DNA of 49,412 bases, filler included, from Catajapyx aquilonaris (taxonomy: Eukaryota): assembly GCA_000934665.2 (NCBI GenBank). It is 3 parts of 3 records of this genome, joined end to end, with 100 filler letters (N's around TTAATTAATTAA, not from the genome) between each part and the next. Parts side by side here need not be neighbours in the genome. Positions count along the whole stretch, not along the records: positions 1 to 16,108 come from JYFJ02007293.1; 2 more parts are not named here. One strand, 5' to 3'. The notes under the pieces are model-generated. The model made no database searches and was not told the DNA's origin. It saw only the letters and a program-made list of their open reading frames with translations. The position numbers and the translations under genes are program-made. This document shows positions 1 through 12,334 of this stretch, piece by piece. Each line of letters starts with the position of its first letter. The first letter of the stretch is position 1.

Positions 1-171
1 CGTTGAACTTGGCCGTATTTCAGATCTCACCACTTTTGACGGCCTAGCAGTCAGGAGAACTTGGCCTTTTTTTACAGAAAGGTTTTTGGTGGGATAATAT
101 TGTCTGGAACACGTATGTGACACCAGAAAGGGGGCCATGTGGAATTTCTTGAAGCTGTAATATATTATTAC

Positions 172-634
172 TGCTTCAAGAAATTCCATGTGGCCATACA
201 GGATGCTATGGGATGGCGTGACTGTCATGTGCACACGTATGACATGCCCCACCCCACCAACGGAAACACTGTCTAGTCCATTGGGGAAATGAACTTTGGC
301 TGCTATGGTCGTGAGGAGTTTTCTCATGAGAAGCAAACAAAACTGTCTGCTCATTTCACCATGAGTAACAAAAAGCTATGTGTATGACCTTAGAGAGAAC
401 TGGGACCATGACATCACCTTGGAGAAGATTCTTCCTGTAGTTGCAGGTGAAAAGTATCCCCAGTGCCCTGCAGGGAAGGGTTGTTTGCCCAATCTGGAAG
501 ATGGAGGAGGGGGAGAAATTTCGGAATGTGAAGATGCAGACTTTGAGGAGAAGTTGGACAGTGCCGAAGAGAGGTGGGCGACAAAGGTGTTCCAGCTGAG
601 TAGCATTAAGTTTCGAAATCTTAAGGCTGTGTGA
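172..634 (+). pseudogene. Plasmid pRiA4b ORF3-like domain relic, intronless, 5'-truncated
   Basis: Frame 1 from 181 reads KFHVAIQDAMGWRDCHVHTYD, with an in-frame TAG at 274-276. After a frameshift at ~376 it reads YVYDLRENWDHDITLEKI...YPQCPAGKGCLPNLEDGGG. This matches the family pattern LHxxIQxAMGWxDxHLHxF...YxYDFGDxWxHxIxLE...YPxCxxGxxACPPEDCGG. Confidence 0.8.
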
Positions 635-1662
635 TTATCAGGTTGATTGCTTTCACTCAGTCAGTCACAGTGAGAATATAAAGTGAGATTAAGAAACTGT
701 GCCTTTCGGTTACCATTGAAGTAACATTGCTGGTATTCTTGATGTATTCTTTCAAGTTGTTTCATTAAGTTTCTCATCAGCCTAATGGTTGTACGAGTAC
801 ATTTTCTTACTTTTTAGCTGTAGCCATTCAATAGTGGTGTTGTTTTCTTCCTTGGTGTCGTTGTTTGCTGTCCATATGTTTTTCACACCACACGTTTTGT
901 ATTATGTGTAATTAACTTCAGCTATAAGGATCTCAAAAAGGGAGGGTGAGTTACGCATTGCTGAACCCACACTTTCAAGGTACATTTTCAGTAATGTCTT
1001 GAGCAAACGTTTTATTTGATACCAATGGAATGATAGACGCTTTCTTGTTTTGAAGTCTCAGAGTCTTGTTGTTCTAACCATCCCTTGCAATGTCATTCAG
1101 TTTTATTTCATCCTCTGAGACAGTGCTCCATACATTTTGTTTCTTCATTCCTCATTGCTGTGATACACTTTAGGTTTGTTTCGCCAGGCACATAGTTTTT
1201 CTTCTTTTTCTTTTTCTTTCTTTCTTTCTATTTTTTGACTATTGGCCAATGCAAATGGGGTTTTGTGCAAAAAGAGTAAAATACGGGTGCTGGATTCCAG
1301 TTGCAGACAATTTTTGCACAGTACAGAAGTCCTGAGCAGGCCTTTTTTTTGTTGTTCATTAGTTTATTACACTCCTCTACACGTTGGCGATATTCAGCAT
1401 ACTGACTATAGTAAGGAACTACTTGTTCTGCTAATCTAGGTGATAAAATGGAAGTGTGTGTGCTCTTCCAACGTGCGTAGAATCGGACACGAGTGCAGGC
1501 AAGCGTAACGCGAACCTCAGCCCCTCTTTTTTACCGTCTTAACCTCTGAACGTAAAAAATGTCAAACTTGTGCAATGTAGGCTATATCCTCCTGAGACCT
1601 GATGTCCAATAAACGAGTATATGCACGCAAATAGTTTCTCATTCCATATAATATAAGCATTA

Positions 1663-2117
1663 GGGGCCGTCCATAAATCACGTGACACTTTTTGGGCCAT
1701 TTTCGACCCCCCCCTCCCCCCATGTGACCCACCGTGACATTTGGGGTACCCCCCCCCTCCCCGCCCCTTTGTCACGTGACATTTTTGGTTCCTATTGAGA
1801 CTGCATTCGTACTTGACAATGCTATATTGAAAGACATAATTATAACGGCGGTATATTATAAGAGACGAACACTATTAAAGAGCCCATTGTAAGAGGGGGT
1901 AAAAAATTCATCAAAATAGACTTTAAAAAATAATGTCTCACATATTAAGGAACTAGATCCAAAAGGAAGTGCGCCCCTCCATTTTCACCATGTATAAATT
2001 AATGTNCCCCCCCCCCCCCCCCCCAGCAGCATCTCCCGACTACTAAAGGACACGAGACGACCACCGGTACCTGACTTCCCTTGGATGTCCCCTTGGATGT
2101 GATTTATGGACGGCCCC
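1663..2117. mobile_element. PIF/Harbinger-type MITE
   Basis: Terminal inverted repeats GGGGCCGTCCATAAATCAC / GTGATTTATGGACGGCCCC, with a TTA target-site duplication at 1660-1662 and 2118-2120. No coding capacity. Confidence 0.85.
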
Positions 2118-2511
2118 TTATTGCATTAGGAGAGCTAGATAATGGCGCGATATTCAAATCATTTTTGCACTTTTTGCGTCCATATTTTATAACTAAATAA
2201 TTGACTTAAAAACATCAAATATTATTTTGTCAGATGAATCTCATATTGTACCGATTCCGACGACAACCCATGCATTAACATCGTGACATTACTTGACCCT
2301 CGAGATACCGGTACGGCGATTTTTTCGTCATCCGATTTTCAGGATAGCGGTAACGGAAGGGTTAAAAAGTCCACAAAAGGCTTGTATTTTAATTCCGTAC
2401 GTCTCCTTTTTCTCTCATTCACTAGAGAGAAAAATCTGTGATTCAAAGTATTAAATAACAGTTGTTTAGAATGAAAAATATTTTATGCTCTTTAATACAC
2501 ACAGCAGAGTT

Positions 2512-5500
2512 TTAGAGCATCTGATTGTCGGTACTGGATTCTTCACTTTTAGAATAATTCACTCGAGCAGCAACATCCCACTCCTGTCTCTCTCCTGAGG
2601 CAAAGATGAGGTAGAAGAGAGTGGTGACAACAAGTACAGCACTACTAATAAAGTATATGATACGCCACTGTTCAATTGTTTGCTGAAAAATATAACCAAA
2701 AAATAGCACACACTGCACTATACTGATACCCTGTAGAGAAGGCAGTAATAAAATATTAAGTTCTAACCTGGTTTTCTGTGAGACGACCCACCACAAAAGG
2801 TACAAGAAAGCCTGGCATGCTTCCAATAGTACTGGATATGCCCATGAGAACACCTGGAAAATGCCTGGTCAAGTCTAGGTGGTTGACTTCGTACCCAGAC
2901 TTAGCAGCACCGTTGCTGCCCACTGATGCCAGGATCAGAGCAACAGCTAAAGATATGTTGCAGCCGCTGTATGTAGACGCTATCAGGAAACAGGGAGGCA
3001 GAAAGTGGCCTGAAAGAGCAATATGTGATGATGTTATTATTGTCTACCCCCTGAAACGTCATCTCGCACTCCAGGTTAAGAACCCCTGTCTATATCTTTC
3101 AGGTCAAGCCATCATCTAGCTACTATGGTTGACGTGTATGACCTGCAAAAAAAAATCCACGTGTTAACATGATCATCAAAACAATAACCATCTCTCGCCT
3201 TAACGATGCCTCCCAGCCTAAAATGATGCAGTAGTATTCTGATCTTACAGGGCGAGGCAAGAAATTGCCCTTAGCTATCTGCCCACTATGAAGGAATTAC
3301 TGACTAACCACTTCATAAGATGTATGATAACTGATACAAATTGACAGTTTTTTGATCCAAAATTCTGGAAACCTATTAGCTCTGAATACAGTACTGAAAG
3401 TTTTTTCAGGCCGTCTGTGCACCAGAGCTCATGTTTGGTGCAGCCATGTTCCAACCTGAAGACAACAGTCACCATCATGACAACAACGACGACATTCATG
3501 TACGGTACCGTCTTCTCCAGGATCTTCCATATCGAGGTTATGTATGTACTGTATACCTTTGCTGCATATAAATGTAAATAATATTGTTTAACCTGGGTAC
3601 AGGCATTAAAAGTGAGGGGAGTTGACCTATTTCTGGGATATCAGTACGAGGATATAAGGCCTGTAGCCTATATGTATTGTACTATAACGGCCCAGTTATA
3701 GAACAATCATATTGTAATACCATTCCGAAATTCTGAATTATAAAATGTGTCTTGTCCAACAGTGTTGTACCTGTATGTTCATTATATTATTATCCATGTG
3801 CCAGTTAGGCTACTAGTAACCTTACCTATAGCAGTCATCAACTTGCGTATGAAAGTTACTGAAGTAATTTTGTGTTCTATCATGTAATCTGCAAACATTC
3901 CTCCAAGAATAGAAGTGACTAGCATTGGAACGTAAATTAATGAGGCGAATAACGCACTCTGGAAAAAAAGTAACATTGTAATACTGGAGTAATGCAAAGT
4001 GAGAATAATGCATGTACTCTACCCGTTCGGTGCCCAGTTGCAAAACATCGTTGAAAAATGTGGGTAGTTCCATAACCATGGTAAAGAAGAACCAGGTGTG
4101 TCCCATATGCATCACTACCACCGCCCAAAGAGGTACAGAAGTCCAAATTTCTTTCCACGGAGTTACAAGCTGATTACAAAATGAGAAAATTACGTCAATT
4201 ACTTTTGGGGTGAACTTTTCGCACTACAGCTTGACATAAAAGTAATGCCTGAGGTAATTATTGCTGGTAAAAATGAGACCTGTCACATCGGACCTGCCTC
4301 TTTGTGCCTTGAGGGGATAGACCAGCAGGGACATTGAAAATGACTGGCCCTCGCTTCTATTCACATGCCTGCCTTCCCTCAAGACATAAATAGATTGGTC
4401 ACATGTGATTCTGCGCAATTTTTTCAGTAGTTGCTACATATGTGTCAAAATTAATAGTATATTGTGACTGTCACATATCAGCTTCTTTTGGCAATATAAT
4501 CTCAAGCAGAGAGTAGAGGCCTACACAACAGAACAACTGCTTGCCTTTTCGTGTTCACTCCCAATGCTTCCAGATATGTAGTCCTTTTCTTCTTGGGAGA
4601 TCCAGCGATTGGTGCCTGGACAGTCACTGGCAACCAGAAACCAAATGCAACACCAAATAAGAGAGAGAGTTCCAAAAATGTAAAATGGAGATGGCCAACC
4701 ACCTAAAATGGTACTCTCAACCAATACCCCGGTGACTGATCCTGCAATTATAGTGCCTGCATACGTTCCTGAAATAATAAAAATGTTGTTAAAATGGAGC
4801 AGGACTTACAGTACATTTACATAATATTTAAATCAGATAATTTTATCTTCGTCGATATATACAGTACAACAAAATTACTGATATTAGACATAGTAGGATG
4901 ATTGTGAGTTAATCCAACCTGCGTACGAAGCTGACACCATTCGACTTCTTTCAAGTGGAGGCGCCCATTTTGACAATAAGGAATGGATAGCAGGGAACAT
5001 CACTCCCTGCAGAAATGAAATCTTGAGTTATGTATGCAGAAGTATGTTATAGGAAACGAAGCTGCTTAAACTTAACGTGACATGAATATTTCGGTATAAT
5101 TTTGCTGTGAACAGCCTTATATCGTGTACAGTACGATATGATCATGATTTCCTTATGGTTACTATTAGGTGAGTAGCTACACTCCAGGCTTGGCTACTTA
5201 CCTCTCCTATTCCAGTGATGATGCGGACAGTGATCAAGACACTATATCCAGCATTGGCACTAATAGGCATCAGCAAGGTCCCTACAGCACTGGAAAACAT
5301 GCCTGCACCCACGAATAGATGGGCCCCATACTTTTGAGCTAGGATGCCTCCTGGTACCTGGGTAATAATATAGCCCCAGAAGAAAGCGCCTAAGATTGTT
5401 GTTTGCTGCGACATGTCCCAGTTAAATTCCCCTTGGTCGGCACTCACCTGCATGGGGTTGCAGAAAAAGTGCTTACTATAGGAAGACACTGTAATATGCT

Positions 5501-6215
5501 GCTTATAAGGTGAGAAAGTAATGGAAAAGGCAGTGAAGAGCTGACCAGGTAAACTTCCTGGCATTACTGGTAAGTTATTTATTTTAAAGGGCAACATTTT
5601 AATAATTAGTTAGCATATAATAAAGCAACTTAATGACTCATGTAGCACAGATTTGATGATGAGTAGTCTACATGATGTGGTCCACCTGCCCACACCCCCT
5701 CAAAAATATTAATACTGCCAGAATTATAATTAATAAATTGAACTAATAAATAAATAAATATCGCAATAAATAAAATATAATAATAAATTGAAATTAATTA
5801 AACGATAGGTTATGGATAAATAAATGTTTTGTTCTTGCCTCCGTCTGATTGGTTGTTTCATTGAAGGGAAGGCAATCGCCAACCTTATTGCTCTCCTTTT
5901 TAACTGGATGTTTAACCATTGCAAGAATGGCAACTGAGAGGATGGCTCGGAGAGACGTGCTGAAAAGAACCCCTAAGAAGTTGAGCAGCACCACAATATA
6001 ACGCATCTTGACAGAGCCTGCAAAAGTACAATACGTAAGGTAATTGAAGCATGCAGACCCATGTCGTATATACAAGCATGCAATATTCATGTTACTGAAA
6101 TCGCGATAACAAGCAATTACTTACGTATTGTGATGCACCTTCCATGCTTATTTTCACTGTCAGCATGGCTGCCTAATGAAAATTCAGATGAGCGTGAAAA
6201 TTCGTTGGATATCAT
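2512..6215 (-). CDS. SLC17-family MFS anion transporter (sialin / inorganic phosphate cotransporter-like), about 506 aa, 9 coding exons
   Basis: Exons 6215-6125, 6017-5839, 5447-5202, 5006-4919, 4768-4545, 4169-4023, 3958-3826, 3009-2768 and 2682-2512 splice into one open frame of 1521 nt. Motifs: [69 protein letters not shown]. Introns 2 and 5 are modelled with GC donors. Confidence 0.93.
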
Positions 6216-6823
6216 TAGGCCTACTTGGACTTCCTGCCTGCAGAAAAATAGCGCGCAATTTGGACAGAATATCCTACTGTGTATCCTGCTCGACAAGTGA
6301 ACCTTGATGCGACAGAACTGTCATCGGTTACTATTATATGCTTGGGAAGCTTGTGTGGAAAACATCAGAAAATGATACCCTGAATCACCATCAACAGCAT
6401 TGCATTGTTTTGCAGACGGCATCACTGCATAAATAAATCGCTCTTACTTAATATAATATTACTGCTGTAAGTTATATGTGGGCCCCATTGTTAGAGCTGA
6501 CATGTATACGTATAAACATATAATCATTGCATCATTGACAAGCCCTTTCTGATGAACGTCAGTTTTTAAGAAAAATATTAGTTAACAATTCTGAATAATA
6601 AGGACAATGCAGACGTATTTAAACCCCTAATTTTTTGAAATAATTCAGTTGTGATTATGCTCGTCCCGCTTTTAAGGTCTTCATTTGTTACACCGAAATG
6701 TTTATTCTGGAGTCTTCAATTGTATAATTAATGCAAGGTTTATTGTATGTACTTTAGTAGTTTCTAATCTTTCTCTTCCGTAATTTTAAATATTTAATTG
6801 CTTTTAAATGTATACAGATTTAC

Positions 6824-7118
6824 CGAAGCAGTGGTGGCGGAGGGGATATGGTATCCGACTGCTAATCGGGAGGTCCTGGGTTCGAATCCCGGTGCCGGCA
6901 ACTCTAACCGTGGTTTTCTGTGGTTTCCCACGGTTCCTCCAGGAGAATTCCGGAGTTGTTTCCTAAACTAATATGCCACAGCCGCCTTCCTTTCCTATCC
7001 TATCCCAAAAAGCGCAGTAAAAACGAAACGAAGAGTTCCAGTCAAAAAAATCCCCCCTAGAGCCGCCGCGCAGGCTGATAACGGGGTATGAAATATTATT
7101 ACTAATTATTATTAATTA
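6824..7118 (+). mobile_element. tRNA-derived SINE
   Basis: A-box (TGGCGGAGGGG) and B-box (GGTTCGAATCCC) head, (ATT)n-like tail, and a 19-bp TSD TAAATGTATACAGATTTAC at 6805-6823 and 7119-7137. Confidence 0.88.
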
Positions 7119-7976
7119 TAAATGTATACAGATTTACAATATGTCATATAAAATTACGTTTCCAGCAAACATGCCCTTTTGTATGAAACTGTAGGCGTCA
7201 ATCCCGATTCCCGTCACTGTGGCCTTCATATTATAATAAATATTATAATAAATTCATATTTGCATAACAGAACACCACATGTAGACTGCAGGTAAGGGCA
7301 AGCTAAACCCCCAAAAATGACAATGCAGTTTTTTTCCGCTTAACCCCCACATGCTAAATTGCAATTAAATATTGAAGCATGAATACTCCACACATTCTGA
7401 CCGCAATATGACCAGGGATCGAGCGCCTTCCACGGCATTATGGTGAAACATGTAGAGAGCAGCGTAAATTTGGTGCATCGCCAGGGGGCCTTCAGTAGAA
7501 AAAAGAGAAAGCAACAGGAAAGATGGCGATATGGTGGAGGCAGAAATTGTGTGTCAGCTTGCCTTTTGCGTCGTGTCCAGTGTCGGTGCCGTCTTATTCA
7601 GAGCGAAGCCGATTTTCTGAGGCCCTCAAGGAGCAAGGAAATTCATACTTGTTGTTGGCTGTAGGTATTGTCGAAGGAGAGTGGACAGGTTCAACCAAGG
7701 GTTCAAAGCATGATGTGCAATGCTTGACTTGATGAAGGATGCTTTCTGTGGTGGGCTCATTTAGAGCAAGTGTTATAATTAATTGGTGGTAGCACATACT
7801 TTTATGGAGAAGTCATAGTTGATAAAAGCGTGGGTGCGACATCATGTACATTGCGAGTGAATATGCTGGACGTTTGTTTATAAGGTGCATTATCCACTAT
7901 GACGAGTAGCTTTGTATTTGAACCCTGCAAAATAATCGCATCAGTATACAGGGTGTGTTGTAAGTGGACGACCGGA

Positions 7977-8125
7977 TGTACTATCAGTCCACCAAGAATT
8001 GTCGTAGCGGCAGCGCACGAACTACAGTTACGAGCACTTCTGGGGGGAGAAGTCAATGGAGAAGTGCTCGTAGACTGTAGTTCGTGCGCTGCCGCTACGA
8101 CAATTCTTGGTGGCCTGATTGTACA
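7977..8125. repeat. Near-perfect palindrome, probable small MITE
   Basis: Arms of about 65 bp (TGTACTATCAGTCCACCAAGAATTGTCGTAGCGGCAGCGCACGAACTACAGT... and its reverse complement) around a spacer of about 19 nt. Confidence 0.8.
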
Positions 8126-8787
8126 CACCACGATTACATAGGCCAAGAGAAATTAAAAGTCTTGAAGGATGATACTTGGTCGAGGCTATACAGGGTGTTT
8201 CAGAGTCATGGGTCAAGCGTGCGCGAGGGGGTGAGGAAATTGTAGGTGGCGACAACCCCGGTCGGTTTTATAAAACAATTAGAAATACGGGAGTAGTCAA
8301 TTATTTTATTACAGTGTGACATCGCATCCTTTCTGTTCAAATTGACTTGGCGCGGACTGGCAGATGCAGTGGGTTGAACCGTTGAACGGCTTCTTAGCCT
8401 TGCGGGTTGCACTGAAAAAGGCGCTCTCATGCTATACCGGTAGGGTACTGTAAATAGTAGTGTACTACTGTACAGAGGCATGGAACCAATTACCCACAGA
8501 TAACAGGGCTCCTGTACTTGTAATTATACCTGAGCAGCCGTGTAAATAGACTTCTTGATTCTAGTCAGGAATGATTGCCGTAGCTGCTAAACTTGTTTTC
8601 TTTGAATATGCACCTGAACCTACTCATACTGTAGCCGAGTCGAACTCCATTCCACAAACATTTTGCATATTGAACATGTTTTTGCTAGCTGAAGTGAGGA
8701 AAGTCTGCACACCTTGTTGATAGATGAATTTTGGAGGTTCGCTGGCATTGTTACGCATGTTCAAAATATGAGTCAGTGAAGCATATA

Positions 8788-9006
8788 CAGTGTTCCAAGT
8801 GTGCAGGTCGCTTTAGTTAAAATAAATTTTGCCCGAAGTAGTTATTTTTGTGTAGTTTGTTGTGCCCTGATCCATGTGTCCCACATTCAACCACCTGGGA
8901 ATAATTGGCCACTTCAATGACTGTACACAACAAGCTACACAAAAATAACTACTATGAGCGATACTAGTGATAACTAAAGACGACTCTTGATACTTGGAAC
9001 ACTCTG
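8788..9006. mobile_element. Tc1/mariner-type MITE, degenerate
   Basis: TA-CAGTGTTCCAAGT start and ACTTGGAACACT(CT)G end, plus internal inverted arms (GTAGTTATTTTTGTGTAG / CTACACAAAAATAACTAC). Confidence 0.6.
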
Positions 9007-9338
9007 TTTAAGCCCATCTTTTTAAGTAACATATATATATATATATATCATATTCACATTTGCACTCTGGCATAATTGAAGACAACACACTTCTTTCCAG
9101 CACAAGGCAATTCATAGAGTGACCTTTTTCTTCCAGAAGATCTAGAACCAAGTTCTGATAATAGGCCATTCACCACCAATTTGTTCTATTTTGGAAATTT
9201 AGTTCATTAAATCAGTCAAACATAGCATGAATTATTAACTTTTTTTTGTAACACTGAGATATTTCTTATGTAAAGACTTGCCTTCCATATGAACTTGCCC
9301 CACTTCACCTTACATGTAACAGAAATGCACTGAAAATT

Positions 9339-9587
9339 GAGGGGTGTGATGGAAAAAGGTGATACTCCACAAAAGTGTAATTTTTCAGGAGAGCAAATTT
9401 AAGTTTGCACTCGCTTCACAAATCATAGGGAATGCTGGTTTTGATCTAGTCTGTGTTTCCGTCTCGTGCATAATACGTGATCTTGGAGTACACCAAACTG
9501 TTTGTCATGTCTTTTACATTAGTTGCTAGGTGTTTAGGTCACAAATGACAAAAATTAGGGTTATCGCCTTTTTCCACCACACCCCTC
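9339..9587. mobile_element. Non-autonomous DNA transposon, Sola-like
   Basis: TIRs GAGGGGTGTGATGGAAAAAGGTGATA / TATCGCCTTTTTCCACCACACCCCTC flanked by AATT on both sides. GAG...CTC termini with a 4-bp AT-rich TSD are Sola-like. Confidence 0.7.
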
Positions 9588-9770
9588 AATTCTGCATCAT
9601 AACCTAACAAATGTTTTATAATGGACAAGTTCCTGCTGTGTCGAGGGTCTGTTATAGAGAAGTTTTATTAATTCTTACGAGAAGTGTTTAACCCACTGAT
9701 GCCCCAGTAACATATGGTGTCTTATTTCAGGTGCGAGTTGGGTAGATGAAATGTAGAGAGTGGTCTGGCC

Positions 9771-10578
9771 ATGTCAAGGCAGATGGAGAGGGGAAAAGGT
9801 CCACCACTAATCATCCACATTCTATGCCGTGTCAGCAAGCGCCACCTTTTTCTGGCACTGATTCTCAGTGCTGCCGTCCTCTACTTATCCTACAGCTTTA
9901 GTTATTGTGTGGTAATTGACCTTGGGATAGGAAATCAACAACTGAATACAGGAAGAAGTTACAGGTGAGATATTTTGGCAAATTTGTGATGTTTAGTTGA
10001 GTCAGTTTTGTGGGAGTGAAGACTTATAGCATGAGTGAGACAAAGGGTGAGAATGTAGCACATATTTAAGCCACATGTGGTTTAACTATGGCTATGGAAC
10101 CAGTTGGCTTTTGATGTGCTTTCATAGCTTTTGATTCTGAAAGAAGAAACCTGAATACCATATCGTTGTAGGAAGGTGTTGGGTTGTAATGCTCCAGATC
10201 ACAAGTTTGACATCAAGCTTCATATAAATTGGTTGTTTACATATAGACTAACTCTGTAGTTAACCTTAGCTCATGTTCATGCAACCAGCCCTTAGTCACA
10301 TTTCTCTCTGCCATATTTTAAGTGTTATCCAAATCAGGTAGCTTGAAATTGTGCCCAGTAAACATCGAGACAAATACAGGAAATCCTGTTAAGACAAACT
10401 GAAAGGGGCCTAAAAATATCTACCTCAACCTAACAAGGGGCATGTTATCCATTCTTCCTGGGGGAAAAACCTTCCCAGACTAAAGTTGCCTCACAGTTGT
10501 TGGCTGTAGCTGATGAATTGAGAATCATATGCACAAAAAAATAATAAAAATAATAAAAATAAAAATAATAATAATAAT

Positions 10579-10653
<75 letters not shown>

Positions 10654-12275
10654 TTTGGGAAAGAGCCCCTATGGGGGAAGCAATATTAATGATACACGAC
10701 CATGAGGATGCTATATGTTGTTACAAGACAAATAGTAAGGGACCAAAAAAAAAGAGCAGGAGGTAGCTGGATTTTTTTTTGTTTAAGGAGTTGCATGGAA
10801 TGAGCCAAAAAAGAAGGGTGAACATAATACATTTTGTGGGGAAGGGGGAGGAATGGTCGCAAAAATGTAAGGTTTGTCTGAAGGGAGCTGGGGCCAGTTT
10901 ACATCATGTATCCTTCAGGAAATATTAAACTGCAAACCAAAGAGTATGAAATGTCAAACTACATAAATGTTTTGATAACTGATGATATGAACAAAGTATT
11001 ATTATACTTTTTTTAAATATTTCCAGTCCCTCACAACTGAAAGCTGCATTTCAGACATTGTGCTTACAACAGCAACAGCAACAAGCAACATCATTAGCAC
11101 CTGTTAAACAAGAACTGGAAGTGAGCAATCAATACCGCTTTTTGCAGCAGCAGGGATTAGTTGCTGTGCGGCACTTACCTGTGGCTTTGATTATTGGGGT
11201 GAAGAAAGGTGGCACCAGAGCTCTATTAGAATTTGCCAGGGTACACCCCAGTGTCCGTGCTGTTGGAGCGGAAGTGCATTTCTTTGACCACCACTATGAT
11301 CGTGGCCTGGAGTGGTATCGTCACCAGATGCCTCCCACTCTTGAAGGACAAATCACCATGGAGAAGACACCCAGCTACTTTGTGACACGGGATGTGCCCA
11401 GGAGAGTCCACTTTTTGAATCCAAAAATGTCACTTCTTGTGGTGGTTCGCGATCCAGTAACCAGAGCAATTTCAGACTATGCCCAGGCTGCAAGGTTAGT
11501 GCAAGTTGTATTGTACCTGATATATGGGCAAGGCTTGGACTGGAGAAAGGGAGATAAAGCCAAGGAACTCAGATGAGAGCCTCAGATTAGTAATTTTATT
11601 GAAATATCCTGGTACATCATCACGTAACATCTCTCTCAGCTGTCATTAATTACGCGAATGGCAGTCCCTCCAGGCCTAACCTCTGGAGATTTTGATTTTG
11701 ATTATTATGGAAAAGTAGTACAGAGTTGTAATGATTTGTGTAATTTTACTATACTATATGGATGTAGCTGGTTTGGAGATTTCTAAGACAATCTCACTTT
11801 GCTCCACATTGCACATGCATGAGTATGTGAAGGGACAAGCTCCAAGCACTCCAAGCATTATACAGGATGTCTCATCTTTTTTGTCCGAACAGTTATCGGA
11901 AAATTGCACATAGCTGCTACTTTTTAAGCAGTGACTTGCAACTGGTGATTTTTCGGAGGAATGGGGAATGGGGAAAAAGAGGGTCACACATCCCATGGCA
12001 TGTGTGACCCTGTTTTTTCCAGGCTTGCTCCTCAATTTTCAGTGGGCAGCACATATGCCACTTCAACCTACGATTCGCAGGGAATATTCCCTGTTCCCCC
12101 GAAAAATCACTGTTTGCAAGTCACCGCTTAAAAAGTAGCAGCTACGCTCAATTTTTCGATAACTGTTCGGACAAAAAAGATTACACACCCTGTATTCTTG
12201 ATTTCAGGGAGAGGAAGAAGGGCACTGCACTACTGTTCAATTATGTTTAATTTTTTTTCGTAATTTTCTGCTAAG

Positions 12276-12334
<59 letters not shown>

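Noticed and set aside
1539..2365. Possible piggyBac-like element enclosing the Harbinger MITE
   Set aside because: The right end GGG-TTAA is suggestive, but no convincing matching left TIR was found.
6829..6900. Functional tRNA gene calls for the SINE heads (here and at 12590-12660, 12782-12860, 20290-20358, 32670-32746)
   Set aside because: Each continues into a SINE body, with tail and TSD where visible, and the cloverleafs are imperfect.
10445..10654. Poly-Asp ORF, and the poly-Ile ORFs at 12230-12412 and 36899-37144
   Set aside because: These are translations of (CAT)n and (TAA)n microsatellites.
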